This document shows positions 1-9,074 of a stretch of 64,000 nucleotides of DNA, piece after piece (position 1 is the first letter of the stretch; each line of letters begins with the position of its first letter). Made by a program: the position numbers and the translations under genes. The DNA is taken from NCBI GenBank assembly GCA_021831595.1, contig JAKBMK010000025.1, positions 63,114 through 127,113 on the forward strand. The letters run 5' to 3'. The notes beneath the pieces are model-generated. The model saw only the letters and a list, made by a program, of their open reading frames with translations, ran no database searches and was not told where the DNA came from. This DNA comes from a bacterium (lineage in GTDB: Bacteria; Patescibacteriota; Minisyncoccia; Phycocordibacterales; UBA9973).

Positions 1-700
1 GGTGCACTTGTCTCTAGGAACTGTAGTACATGGCACTATCGAATATATCTTGAATAATAAAGGCTTACCAAGTGAAAAAGAGATTAAAGAAGAGATCAAA
101 TTACAATTTGAGAAGGAAGGGGTATCAGAAGAAAATGAATTGAAGAAATTGAGCACTGATGCATATCTCGCTGTGAAGAATTGGATAGATAACTATTATT
201 CTCATTTAGAGAAAGAATACAAATCAGAACGCTCTGTCTCATTTATTGACAGGAAGAATTTCCCAAATTTGCAAATGTACGGCAAGATTGACCTTACAGA
301 ATATCTTCCAAACGGCGAAATCTATGTGACTGATTTTAAGACGGGTTCTGTCAAAACAAAAGGAGTCATAGAAAAAATAAATGAAGAAGGCAAGATGTCC
401 GATTTGATGCGCCAGCTCGCAATGTACTCGTACCTCCTGAAGGGGGAAAGGGATGATATAAAGGTGACAAATTCTCGACTACTTTTTTTGGAATCAGAGA
501 CTGGGGACAAGAATGCGATGTACAAGACGAGAGTGGGAGACGAACAAATAGACTTACTCAAGAAAGATATCAAGGAATATGATGAATCTCTATCTTCTGG
601 ATCTTTCATAGAGAGAAAATGTAACTTTAAACCTTATGGCAGTGGTTCTAGAGAATGTGAATATTGCCAAATGGCGAAGAGACTCTTCAATAGTAATTAA
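1..700 (+). CDS. C-terminal PD-(D/E)XK nuclease domain, probably of an AddAB/AdnAB/UvrD-like helicase-nuclease (5' partial)
   Basis: GKIDL...VTDFKTG...QLAMY RecB-family motifs and a C-terminal C..CEYC Cys cluster; ORF is open at the window start. Confidence 0.75.
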   Translation, partial: VHLSLGTVVHGTIEYILNNKGLPSEKEIKEEIKLQFEKEGVSEENELKKLSTDAYLAVKNWIDNYYSHLEKEYKSERSVSFIDRKNFPNLQMYGKIDLTEYLPNGEIYVTDFKTGSVKTKGVIEKINEEGKMSDLMRQLAMYSYLLKGERDDIKVTNSRLLFLESETGDKNAMYKTRVGDEQIDLLKKDIKEYDESLSSGSFIERKCNFKPYGSGSRECEYCQMAKRLFNSN

Positions 701-735
701 TTTGAAAAAAGGCATGAAAATGCTATATTCTATAT

Positions 736-1446
736 ATGGAAAATAACGAAAAAGGCAATTTGCATCCGCTTACTCTTATAATGAATGAGGCTGTTTCTAT
801 ATTTAAAGATTTCGGTTTTGTTGTTGAATCTGGTCCTGAAATGGAAGATGACTGGCACAATTTCGGTGCTCTGAATTTCCCGGATGATCACCCAGCTCGC
901 GACATGCAAGACACCTTTTTCATTAAAGGGCAGAAGGGAAAGGTTCTACGCACTCACACTTCGAATACTCAAGTAAGATTTATGGAGAAGCTAGTTGCTA
1001 TTGGTGGCAAACCTCCATTTGCTATTGTTGTACCAGGGAAAGTTTTCCGTAATGAGTCTACAGACACAGGGCATGAAATGCAGTTCTATCAACTTGAAGG
1101 ATTAATGATTGGTGAGGATATTTCTGTTGCCAATATGAAAGGTGTATTGCTTGAATTTTTCAAAAGATTTTTCGAAGGAGAAAATGTGGATATCAGACTT
1201 CGCCCAAGCTTCTTTCCATTCGTTGAGCCTGGATTTGAAATTGATTTGAAGAGAGGAGATAAGTGGATAGAACTTCTTGGAGCTGGAATGGTTCACCCCA
1301 ATGTCTTAGAGAATTGTGGAATCGATAGTAAAAAATACCAAGGATTTGCTTTTGGTATGGGGCTAGACCGTTTGATGAATATGAAGCTTCATACACCCGA
1401 TGTCAGGCTTTCTTATCAAGGAGATCTAAGACTTAATCAATTTTAG
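736..1446 (+). CDS. pheS: phenylalanyl-tRNA synthetase alpha subunit (short form, no N-terminal coiled coil)
   Basis: HPARDMQDTFF, LRTHTS, FPFVEP, GFAFGMGLDRL motifs. Confidence 0.97.
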   Translation: MENNEKGNLHPLTLIMNEAVSIFKDFGFVVESGPEMEDDWHNFGALNFPDDHPARDMQDTFFIKGQKGKVLRTHTSNTQVRFMEKLVAIGGKPPFAIVVPGKVFRNESTDTGHEMQFYQLEGLMIGEDISVANMKGVLLEFFKRFFEGENVDIRLRPSFFPFVEPGFEIDLKRGDKWIELLGAGMVHPNVLENCGIDSKKYQGFAFGMGLDRLMNMKLHTPDVRLSYQGDLRLNQF

Positions 1447-1455
1447 GAGGAATGA

Positions 1456-1536
1456 ATCCCGTACGAAATAACGGGAATGAAATTATAAACTTAATAATTC
1501 TTTCTGAAAAAATAATGAGAGAATTTCGTACGGGAT
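1456..1536. repeat. 81-bp element with perfect 14-bp terminal inverted repeats, overlapping the pheT start codon
   Basis: ATCCCGTACGAAAT (1456-1469) and ATTTCGTACGGGAT (1523-1536). Confidence 0.8.
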
Positions 1537-3316
1537 GAAAATTTCTTATAACTGGTTACAAAAATATTTTAAAGATAAACTTCCATCTCCAGAGGAAGTT
1601 GCTTCTGGTATAATTTTTCATTCATTTGAAGTTGAAGAGGTGAACGTAATGGGGAATGACACTATTTTTGAAATAAAAATTTTACCTGATAGAGCCCATG
1701 ATTGTCTTTCTCATTTTGGAATTGCCAAGGAGCTCTCTGTAATTTTCAGTAAACAAATGATTGTGGATGAGCCAACCAATATTATCGTTTGCCCCAAATC
1801 AGATTTGGAAATAGAAGTCAAAGATGCAAAGTGTCGTCGTTATATGGGGAGAGTTGTAAAGAATGTGAAAGTCTCTCCATCGCCAGAGTGGCTTCGCCAA
1901 GCACTCGTTTCTATCGGTCAGAAGTCTATCAACAATATAGTTGATGCGACGAACTATGTGATGTTCGATCTAGGCAACCCTATCCATGCTTTTGATCTAG
2001 ATAAGCTTGCCAGTCATAAAATCATTGTAGATAAAGCATTAAATGGCGAGAAATTGACCTTGCTAGATGATAGAGATGTGATCCTCGATGAATCAATCCT
2101 TACAATTCGTGATGAGACAGAAGCTCTAGTTGTCGCTGGAGTTAAGGGAGGCAAGAAGGCAGAGGTTGATAATAATACTAAAAATATAATGATCGAAGTA
2201 GCGAACTTTGAACCAGTTTCTACTCGCAAGGCAGCTCAAAAGCTTTCTATCTTTACTGATTCAGCCAAAAGATTCGAGAACGAAATTCATCCAAAATTAG
2301 CAGAGATAGCAATGGATAAAATCACAAAATTAATTCTTGAAATTGGAGGAGGGGAGGTGTGTGAAGTCGTAGATATTTATAACAATAAGCAAGAAGAATC
2401 CAAGTTAATTAACTTCAGTAGAGATTATATAGAGAAAATGCTAGGCATAGATATATCTTCTACTGTTATTGATGATATTTTAAACCGATTTGGTTATGAA
2501 TACAAAAATGAAAATGGTAATTATGAAGTGAAGATACCCCTACTTCGGTTTGATCTGAGTGGTCCACATGATATGGCCGAGGAGATAGGGCGAATCTATG
2601 GTTATGATAAAATCACTCCAGTTTTGCCTCATGAGGATTTCAATATAAATGAAGATGAGACTTGGTACAACATAAATCTAGCGAAAAGATATTTGGCTAG
2701 TCTTGGCTACAAAGAAGTGATGACTTACACTTTCGTCGACAAAGGGGAAGTAGAGCTCATGGCTTCTGCTTCTGACAAAAACTTTTTACGCACGAATTTG
2801 CTAGATGGAGTAAAGAAATCTTTTGAAATGAATAAACTTAACATGCCTCTCTTGGATTTGAAAGAGTTGAAAATTTTTGAAATCGGAAGTATTTTCTTGC
2901 ATGATGGAGAAGTTATGAATGTTTGCTTTATGAACAAAAAAGAATCTAAAGAAATGAGTCTTCTAGAATTTGTGAAAACAATCCCTTCAGATTTTTCTTC
3001 TGGAGAAATAAAAAATAATTCCAAAAATTATTTCAAAATGTGGTCTAACTATCCATTCATCTCTCGCGATATCGCCGTCTGGGTACCAGTAGAGGAAGGC
3101 AAAGAAAAATTAAAAAATATTTTAAAGGAGAATGGGACAGAGCTGCTAGTGAAGGAACCATATCTTTTCGATGAGTTCACAAAAGAAGGAAGAACTTCGT
3201 ATGCCTATCGTTTAGTCTTCCAATCATATGAAAAAACTTTGACAGATGAAGAGGTAAATCCTATCATGAATAAAATTACAGAAAAAATTTCATCACTAGG
3301 TTGGGAGGTGAGATAA
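1535..3316 (+). CDS. pheT: phenylalanyl-tRNA synthetase beta subunit (no B2 OB-fold)
   Basis: MKISYNWL start, NNIVDATNYVM, EEIGRIYGYD, C-terminal FDX-ACB domain; follows pheS. Confidence 0.95.
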   Translation: MKISYNWLQKYFKDKLPSPEEVASGIIFHSFEVEEVNVMGNDTIFEIKILPDRAHDCLSHFGIAKELSVIFSKQMIVDEPTNIIVCPKSDLEIEVKDAKCRRYMGRVVKNVKVSPSPEWLRQALVSIGQKSINNIVDATNYVMFDLGNPIHAFDLDKLASHKIIVDKALNGEKLTLLDDRDVILDESILTIRDETEALVVAGVKGGKKAEVDNNTKNIMIEVANFEPVSTRKAAQKLSIFTDSAKRFENEIHPKLAEIAMDKITKLILEIGGGEVCEVVDIYNNKQEESKLINFSRDYIEKMLGIDISSTVIDDILNRFGYEYKNENGNYEVKIPLLRFDLSGPHDMAEEIGRIYGYDKITPVLPHEDFNINEDETWYNINLAKRYLASLGYKEVMTYTFVDKGEVELMASASDKNFLRTNLLDGVKKSFEMNKLNMPLLDLKELKIFEIGSIFLHDGEVMNVCFMNKKESKEMSLLEFVKTIPSDFSSGEIKNNSKNYFKMWSNYPFISRDIAVWVPVEEGKEKLKNILKENGTELLVKEPYLFDEFTKEGRTSYAYRLVFQSYEKTLTDEEVNPIMNKITEKISSLGWEVR

Positions 3317-3463
3317 TATCCTTTATTTATAAGGCTAAAATTCCTTTTTAAACACTAGCTTAAAGAGGAATTTTTTGATATAATTAAAGGAGAATTGCCC
3401 ATTTATATAGGGGGCATTTATCATTGTTTAATTTAAGCATTATTATTAATTTCCAAATCAAAA

Positions 3464-5566
3464 ATGGCTAAAAAAGAAGAAGTAAAAAAGGTTAAAAAGG
3501 ATAGTTATGGAGCCGAGCAAATTTCCGTTTTAGAAGGGCTTGAGCCTGTCAGACGTCGTCCCGGCATGTATATCGGATCAACTGGCATAGATGGACTTCA
3601 TCATTTGATTTGGGAAATTTTTGATAACTCTCGCGATGAAGCGATGGGAGGATTCTGTGATCATATCGAAGTTACACTCTTGCCAGACAATTCTGTTCGA
3701 GTGGTAGACAATGGACGTGGTATTCCTGTTGATATACACCCAAAGACAAAAGTTTCTGCGCTTGAGACAGTTATGACGACTCTACACGCTGGAGGAAAAT
3801 TCGGAGGGGATGATAGTGGTTATAAAGTTTCAGGAGGACTTCATGGAGTTGGAGCTTCAGTCGTGAACGCCCTTTCTATCTATACCAAAGCCGAGGTTCA
3901 TAAAGATGGAGGTAAATATGTTCAAGAATATTCTCAGGGTAAGAGAAAAGCCGCTGTTAAGAAAGTAAGTAGTACGAAGAATCATGGAACGATTATATCT
4001 TTTCAACCAGATGAAGAAATTTTCAAGCAGGTTAGATTTGATCCTGATACAGTTATTGCTCATCTACGTCAACAGGCTTATTTAGTGAAAGGTCTTCGTA
4101 TTGATATTATCGACGCCCGCGAATGGGATCCGATAACAGGAGGCAAGGGCAAAAGTAGTGACTATGAAAATGCTTTTTGGTTCTCTGAACTCGAGTTGGA
4201 AGTTCCTTCAACAACATTTTATTTTGAAGGAGGACTGGTATCTCTCGTAAAGTTTTATAATAAATCTGAGAAGCCAATACACTCTACTGTATTTTATGTA
4301 GAGAAAGAGATAGACCAAGTTGGAGTTGAAGTGGCCTTGCAATATGTCGATGGTATTAATGGTGATATCATTCCTTTTGCAAACAATATTCACAATCCAG
4401 AAGGAGGTACTCATGTCACAGGATTCAAAACAGCGCTCACCAGAATACTCAATACCTATGGTAAGAAGAACAATCTGATCAAAGAAGCCGATGGAGGATT
4501 CACAGGAGATGATGTCCTAGAAGGACTCACGGCTGTGGTGTCTGTGAAGCTTCGTGAAATTCAATTCGAAGGTCAGACGAAAGCTAAGCTTGGATCAACG
4601 GAAGCTCAAGGTGCAGTTGCAACTGTCTTCGGAGATGCATTTAATGCTTTCTTGGAAGAGAATCCAGATGAAGCTAAAGCTATAATAAGTAAATCTCTTC
4701 TTGCTCTGCGAGCTCGTAAAGCTGCTAAAGCTGCGAAGGATTCCATATTGCGTAAAGGTGCTCTTGAAGGTATGACTCTTCCTGGAAAGCTTGCAGACTG
4801 CCAAGTCAAAGATGCTGAAAGTGGAGAACTCTTCATTGTGGAGGGAGATTCTGCTGGAGGTACTGCTAAAATGGGACGCGACAGAAAGACTCAAGCGATC
4901 TTGCCTCTTCGAGGTAAAATACTCAATGTCGAGAGAGCTCGTCTTGATAGAATGCTAGGATCTGAACAGATCAAGAACTTGGTGATAGCCATGGGTACAT
5001 CGATCGGAGATACTTTTGATATAAATAAAATGCGCTATCACAAAATAATTCTTGCGACAGATGCCGATGTGGACGGAGCGCATATCCGTACTCTTATACT
5101 CACTCTTATGTATCGTTATTTCAGACCAGTATTGGATGCAGGCTATGTCTATATCGCTCAGCCACCACTATTTAAAATAAAGAAAGGTAAAGAAATTTTG
5201 TACGCATATACAGACGAAGAGAGAGATAAAATTTTAGGTAAAGATGCACCTTCTCTCGAAGAATTGCTAGTAGAGTCTGCTAATGAAGAAGGAGGGCAAG
5301 AAGAACCAGAGGAAGAGGAAGAAGAAAATCCAAAAGCAAAGAAAACTCAAAAGATTCACGTCCAGAGATACAAGGGTCTCGGAGAAATGAATGCCGAAGA
5401 ACTCTGGGAGACAACCATGGATCCAGGCAGAAGAATTTTGAAACAAGTTTCTGTTGTGGATGCTGAAGATGCCAATAAAGTATTCGATATGCTTATGGGC
5501 TCGGAAGTTCCTCCTCGTAAATCATTCATCCAATCTCACGCCAAAATGGCAAATCTAGATATATAA
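3464..5566 (+). CDS. gyrB: DNA gyrase subunit B
   Basis: EGLEPVRRRPGMYIG, GGLHGVGASVVNALS, EGDSAGG, PLRGKILN, TDADVDGAHI, RYKGLGEMN. Confidence 0.96.
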   Translation: MAKKEEVKKVKKDSYGAEQISVLEGLEPVRRRPGMYIGSTGIDGLHHLIWEIFDNSRDEAMGGFCDHIEVTLLPDNSVRVVDNGRGIPVDIHPKTKVSALETVMTTLHAGGKFGGDDSGYKVSGGLHGVGASVVNALSIYTKAEVHKDGGKYVQEYSQGKRKAAVKKVSSTKNHGTIISFQPDEEIFKQVRFDPDTVIAHLRQQAYLVKGLRIDIIDAREWDPITGGKGKSSDYENAFWFSELELEVPSTTFYFEGGLVSLVKFYNKSEKPIHSTVFYVEKEIDQVGVEVALQYVDGINGDIIPFANNIHNPEGGTHVTGFKTALTRILNTYGKKNNLIKEADGGFTGDDVLEGLTAVVSVKLREIQFEGQTKAKLGSTEAQGAVATVFGDAFNAFLEENPDEAKAIISKSLLALRARKAAKAAKDSILRKGALEGMTLPGKLADCQVKDAESGELFIVEGDSAGGTAKMGRDRKTQAILPLRGKILNVERARLDRMLGSEQIKNLVIAMGTSIGDTFDINKMRYHKIILATDADVDGAHIRTLILTLMYRYFRPVLDAGYVYIAQPPLFKIKKGKEILYAYTDEERDKILGKDAPSLEELLVESANEEGGQEEPEEEEEENPKAKKTQKIHVQRYKGLGEMNAEELWETTMDPGRRILKQVSVVDAEDANKVFDMLMGSEVPPRKSFIQSHAKMANLDI

Positions 5567-5567
5567 T

Positions 5568-5610
5568 ATAAACAAAATCTCCTTATTAATAATAAGGAGA
5601 TTTTGTTTAT
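5568..5610 (+). terminator. intrinsic terminator after gyrB
   Basis: perfect 20-bp inverted repeat ATAAACAAAATCTCCTTATT / AATAAGGAGATTTTGTTTAT right after the stop. Confidence 0.75.
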
Positions 5611-5668
5611 GGTAGACAATTTTATTTAAACGGAGTACGATGAATAATAAATTTTAAACTTACAAGGT

Positions 5669-6106
5669 ATGATTTATAACGAAAAACCAAAAAACTTTTC
5701 TCCGGAAATAGAGGTAGTTGCTTGCTTGATGGAATTTAATGGAAAATTTGTTTTATTACATCGCCAAGACAACAAAATACACGGAGATAAGTGGGGTCAA
5801 CCTGCAGGGAAAGTAGATCTTTCAGATGCTGATATTTTCGATGCAATGACAAGAGAATTGAGAGAAGAAACGGGGATAGAAATAAAAAAAGAAGATTTAT
5901 CTTTCTATAAAACATTTTTTGTTTCTCATCCAGATAGAAATTTCCTTTATCATTATTTTGTTCTACATCTAAAGAGAAAGCCCAAAATTATTCTCTCAGA
6001 CAAAGAGCATAAAGATTTTTCCTGGAAAACCCCACTTGAAGCCTTAGAAATGCCACTTATACAAGATGAGGATCATTGCATAAAGCACTATTACGGTCTT
6101 AAATAA
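5669..6106 (+). CDS. NUDIX hydrolase (MutT-like)
   Basis: WGQPAGKVD...AMTRELREETG Nudix box. Confidence 0.88.
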   Translation: MIYNEKPKNFSPEIEVVACLMEFNGKFVLLHRQDNKIHGDKWGQPAGKVDLSDADIFDAMTRELREETGIEIKKEDLSFYKTFFVSHPDRNFLYHYFVLHLKRKPKIILSDKEHKDFSWKTPLEALEMPLIQDEDHCIKHYYGLK

Positions 6107-6144
6107 AAAATCCCCGCACACATTGAACGCGGGGATTTTTATTT
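6102..6144. terminator. bidirectional terminator between the NUDIX gene and thrS
   Basis: AAAAATCCCCGC...GCGGGGATTTTT with A/T tracts on both sides, between convergent genes. Confidence 0.8.
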
Positions 6145-6145
6145 A

Positions 6146-7885
6146 TTAATTTAGAATCCTTTCTTTAATTTCTTTTTGAAGTTTATTTAGGAATGCTTCG
6201 ACTGTTATTCCTTCGAGTTTCTCAGTGCGGCCTTCGACGGTTATAACACCTGATTCTTTTTCTTTATCGCCAATAACTATTACATAAGGCACCTTGCTCA
6301 TCTTGGCATTTCTTATTCTCTTGCCCAGAGATTCATTTGAGTCATCTAAGCCGGCTCTTATATTTATTTCTTTTAGAGATTCATATACAGAATTTGCATA
6401 TTCTTTCTGATGTTCGGAGATCGGCAACACGACGACTTGAACAGGAGAAAGCCAGAGAGGGAAATTACCCGAAGTGTGTTCTATGAGAATAGATAAGAAT
6501 CTTTCTATCGATCCCATAATAGCGGCATGGATCATCACAATTCTCTCTTTTTCTCCCTTTTCATTCATACAAGTGAGATCAAATCTTTCTGGCATATTCA
6601 TATCAAGTTGGATTGTGGCTACTTGCCATTCTCTACCTAGAGCGTCATTTGCCATAAAGTCGAGCTTTGGACCATAGAAAGCAGCTTCGCCTATGCCGTC
6701 ATATGTTGGTACGTTTTTGCTTTCTGCTATTTCTGTTAGCATTTTCTCTGCAAAACTCCATCTTTCCTGGTCTCCTAAATATTTTTCTATATGCTCGGGG
6801 TCGTGTTTTGATATTCTTACTTTTAATTCAAATCCAAAACTCTTATAGAACCCCTCGACAATTTCCCAAATATTTAAGAACTCTTTCTTTGCATCACTCA
6901 TTCTGCAGAAAACATGTGCATCATCTTGAGCGAAAGCTCTAACTCTTGAAAGTCCAGATAATTCACCGGATTGTTCGTCTCTGTAGCAAGTAGTAGTGTT
7001 GGCATATCTTTGTGGTAACTCTTTGTAACTCCACATTTTGCGATCATAGATCTGAGTGTGATGAGGACAATTCATTGGCTTCATCGCGAACTCATGTCCT
7101 TCACGTGTTGTAATGCGGAATAAATCATCTTTGTATTTTTCCCAATGACCACTTTTCTCATATAAATCTTTTTTAGTGATATGAGGAATTTCTACTTTTT
7201 GGTATCCTTTCATTTGACGGAATGACCATACATAATCGTCTAGCAAGTGTCTAACTAAAGTTCCTTTTGGAGTCCAAAGAGGAAGACCTGGTCCTACAAG
7301 TTCAGAAAATGTGAATAAATCTAATTCTAACCCAAGTTTCTTGTGATCTCTTTTCTTGGCTTCTTCTTGCATTTTTATATATGAATCAAGCTCATCTTTT
7401 GTTTCAAAAGCAAGTCCATATACACGTGTAAGCATTTTGTTCTTCTCGTCTCCACGCCAATAGGCTCCGGCAATACGTTCAATCTTCCAAGAACCATCCT
7501 TCACATCCTTCATATTTTTGATATGTCCGCCACGGCAAAGATCAGCAAAGTTACCAGATCTATAGACTGTAATTTCTTCTCCTTTTTCAACTATTCCATC
7601 TATTAATTCTTCTTTATAAGTATTTCCAGCAAACATAGAAAGAGCTTCTTCTTTTGAAAGAACTTCTTTTTCAAAAGAGGTCCAAGTCTTCATGAGTTCC
7701 TTCATCTTTTTTTCAATCTTTTCTATGTCGGCATCAGTGATTTTACCCTTAACATCTACATCGTAGTAAAAGCCGTTATCAATAGCCGGACCAAGAGTGA
7801 TCTGTGATCCAGGGTAAAGTTCTAGTATAGATGCTCCTAAGAGGTGAGCTAGAGAGTGACGGATATGTTCTAATTTATTTTCCAT
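6146..7885 (-). CDS. thrS: threonyl-tRNA synthetase (no TGS domain)
   Basis: RHSLAHLL, DLCRGGH, GAYWRGD, RDHKKLG, KPMNCPHH, FYGPKLD, GSIERF. Confidence 0.97.
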   Translation of the reverse strand: MENKLEHIRHSLAHLLGASILELYPGSQITLGPAIDNGFYYDVDVKGKITDADIEKIEKKMKELMKTWTSFEKEVLSKEEALSMFAGNTYKEELIDGIVEKGEEITVYRSGNFADLCRGGHIKNMKDVKDGSWKIERIAGAYWRGDEKNKMLTRVYGLAFETKDELDSYIKMQEEAKKRDHKKLGLELDLFTFSELVGPGLPLWTPKGTLVRHLLDDYVWSFRQMKGYQKVEIPHITKKDLYEKSGHWEKYKDDLFRITTREGHEFAMKPMNCPHHTQIYDRKMWSYKELPQRYANTTTCYRDEQSGELSGLSRVRAFAQDDAHVFCRMSDAKKEFLNIWEIVEGFYKSFGFELKVRISKHDPEHIEKYLGDQERWSFAEKMLTEIAESKNVPTYDGIGEAAFYGPKLDFMANDALGREWQVATIQLDMNMPERFDLTCMNEKGEKERIVMIHAAIMGSIERFLSILIEHTSGNFPLWLSPVQVVVLPISEHQKEYANSVYESLKEINIRAGLDDSNESLGKRIRNAKMSKVPYVIVIGDKEKESGVITVEGRTEKLEGITVEAFLNKLQKEIKERILN

Positions 7886-7909
7886 ATATTTTTAAAAATT
7901 ATTATTGAT

Positions 7910-8058
7910 AAAATAAAATCGCCCCGACAAAAAATGAAAAATTCATTTCTTGTCGGGGCGAGTCTAATCGCGGTTCCACCCAACTTTGTGCTTTATTTAT
8001 AGATTAGCCGTTAGGTCCCGAAGGGGATTGTGGTTGGTAGCCACAACAATCTCTATAG
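7910..8058 (-). promoter_or_regulatory. transcriptional T-box riboswitch leader of thrS with a very short Stem I region
   Basis: minus strand AAGTTGGGTGGAACCGCG T-box motif (7969-7986), antiterminator GCGA/TCGC, alternative terminator CGCCCCGACAA...TTGTCGGGGCG plus U tract; ACC (Thr) triplets upstream. Confidence 0.85.
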
Positions 8059-8063
8059 GTACA

Positions 8064-8092
8064 ATAGTACAATGTATAGATTCAAATAGCAA
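8064..8092 (-). promoter_or_regulatory. sigma70-type promoter for the thrS leader
   Basis: TTGCTA-17 nt-TACTAT on the minus strand. Confidence 0.6.
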
Positions 8093-8179
8093 TATTTGAC
8101 AAAATAGTTTATTTATTATATTATTTGGCTGAAATTTATTGCTAAAATCATAAGATAACCCAAAAGGAGGGGGTTAAAA

Positions 8180-8725
8180 ATGTCAGTTTTAAAGTACATA
8201 AGGACCCGGGAGGAGATGGGGAAATATATAGAATCCCTACAAAAAAATGGTCCTGTAAGTGTGCGCCTCGTAGGAGGTACATCTAAAAATGGCAAAAATG
8301 CGGCTTTTGTTATTTTCAAGTTGAAGTTTTTAAATGAATATTATTTATTAGTTATTCCATACAATGATACATATCATTTGAAAGAAGAAGTGGAACTAAT
8401 TGATGAATATGAATCACCCAGAGAAACTGCTGCTCGTGAATTCTTCGAAGAAGTTGGGATTAGAATCAGATCCGATTCTAAATCTCTTAAACTTTTCGAT
8501 ATGATACGAGTCAGAAGTAATTTGAAAAAAGGGGCAATTCATAAAAAATATTTCTTTAGATACATAGAAGAGATTCCTGATTTTTGGGATTATTCAGTTC
8601 TCTTTGAAGAAAGAGAGGATGAAACCCAAACGCCGTTTTTTATAAAGGAATCACTGATCTCTGAATTTCTATATAAAGAGCACTATAAAGCTTTTAAAAG
8701 AAATTGGCGAAAAAGATTTAATTAA
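8180..8725 (+). CDS. NUDIX-like protein with a degenerate Nudix box
   Basis: ESPRETAAREFFEEVG; AGGAGG SD, TTGACA promoter upstream, hairpin terminator at 8725-8757. Confidence 0.6.
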   Translation: MSVLKYIRTREEMGKYIESLQKNGPVSVRLVGGTSKNGKNAAFVIFKLKFLNEYYLLVIPYNDTYHLKEEVELIDEYESPRETAAREFFEEVGIRIRSDSKSLKLFDMIRVRSNLKKGAIHKKYFFRYIEEIPDFWDYSVLFEEREDETQTPFFIKESLISEFLYKEHYKAFKRNWRKRFN

Positions 8726-8792
8726 ACCCCGAAGCATGTATATGGTTTCGGGGTTTCTTGCTTTTTGGGCAAAAATCGGTATACTATTCAAT

Positions 8793-9008
8793 ATGGTAAT
8801 ACGAATGAGACATACACGAGCCCACACAGGGAATCGTCGATCACATCATGCTTTAAAAGCAAAGACTTTTGCGGTTTGTGCTAATTGTGCGCAACCAAAA
8901 GAGACTCATGTAGTTTGCAAAAACTGTGGCTTTTATCGTGGCCGTAAGGTAGTCGATGTGGTTAATAAAGTTGAAAAGAAACAAGCAAAGAAAAAAAGTG
9001 GTAAGTAG
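8793..9008 (+). CDS. rpmF: 50S ribosomal protein L32
   Basis: RRSHHALK...CANC...HVVCKNCGFYRGRKV zinc ribbon; start moved to ATG 8793. Confidence 0.95.
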   Translation: MVIRMRHTRAHTGNRRSHHALKAKTFAVCANCAQPKETHVVCKNCGFYRGRKVVDVVNKVEKKQAKKKSGK

Positions 9009-9074
9009 TAAGCAGTAGGTAGTAAGGTTTAGGTCTTGCTACTTCCTACGTATTTCTTACACATAATTATAATT

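Noticed and set aside
1-700. Cas4 / CRISPR-associated nuclease
   Set aside because: RecB-type motifs and a Cys cluster also occur in AddAB/AdnAB nuclease domains; no cas genes or repeat-spacer array in the window
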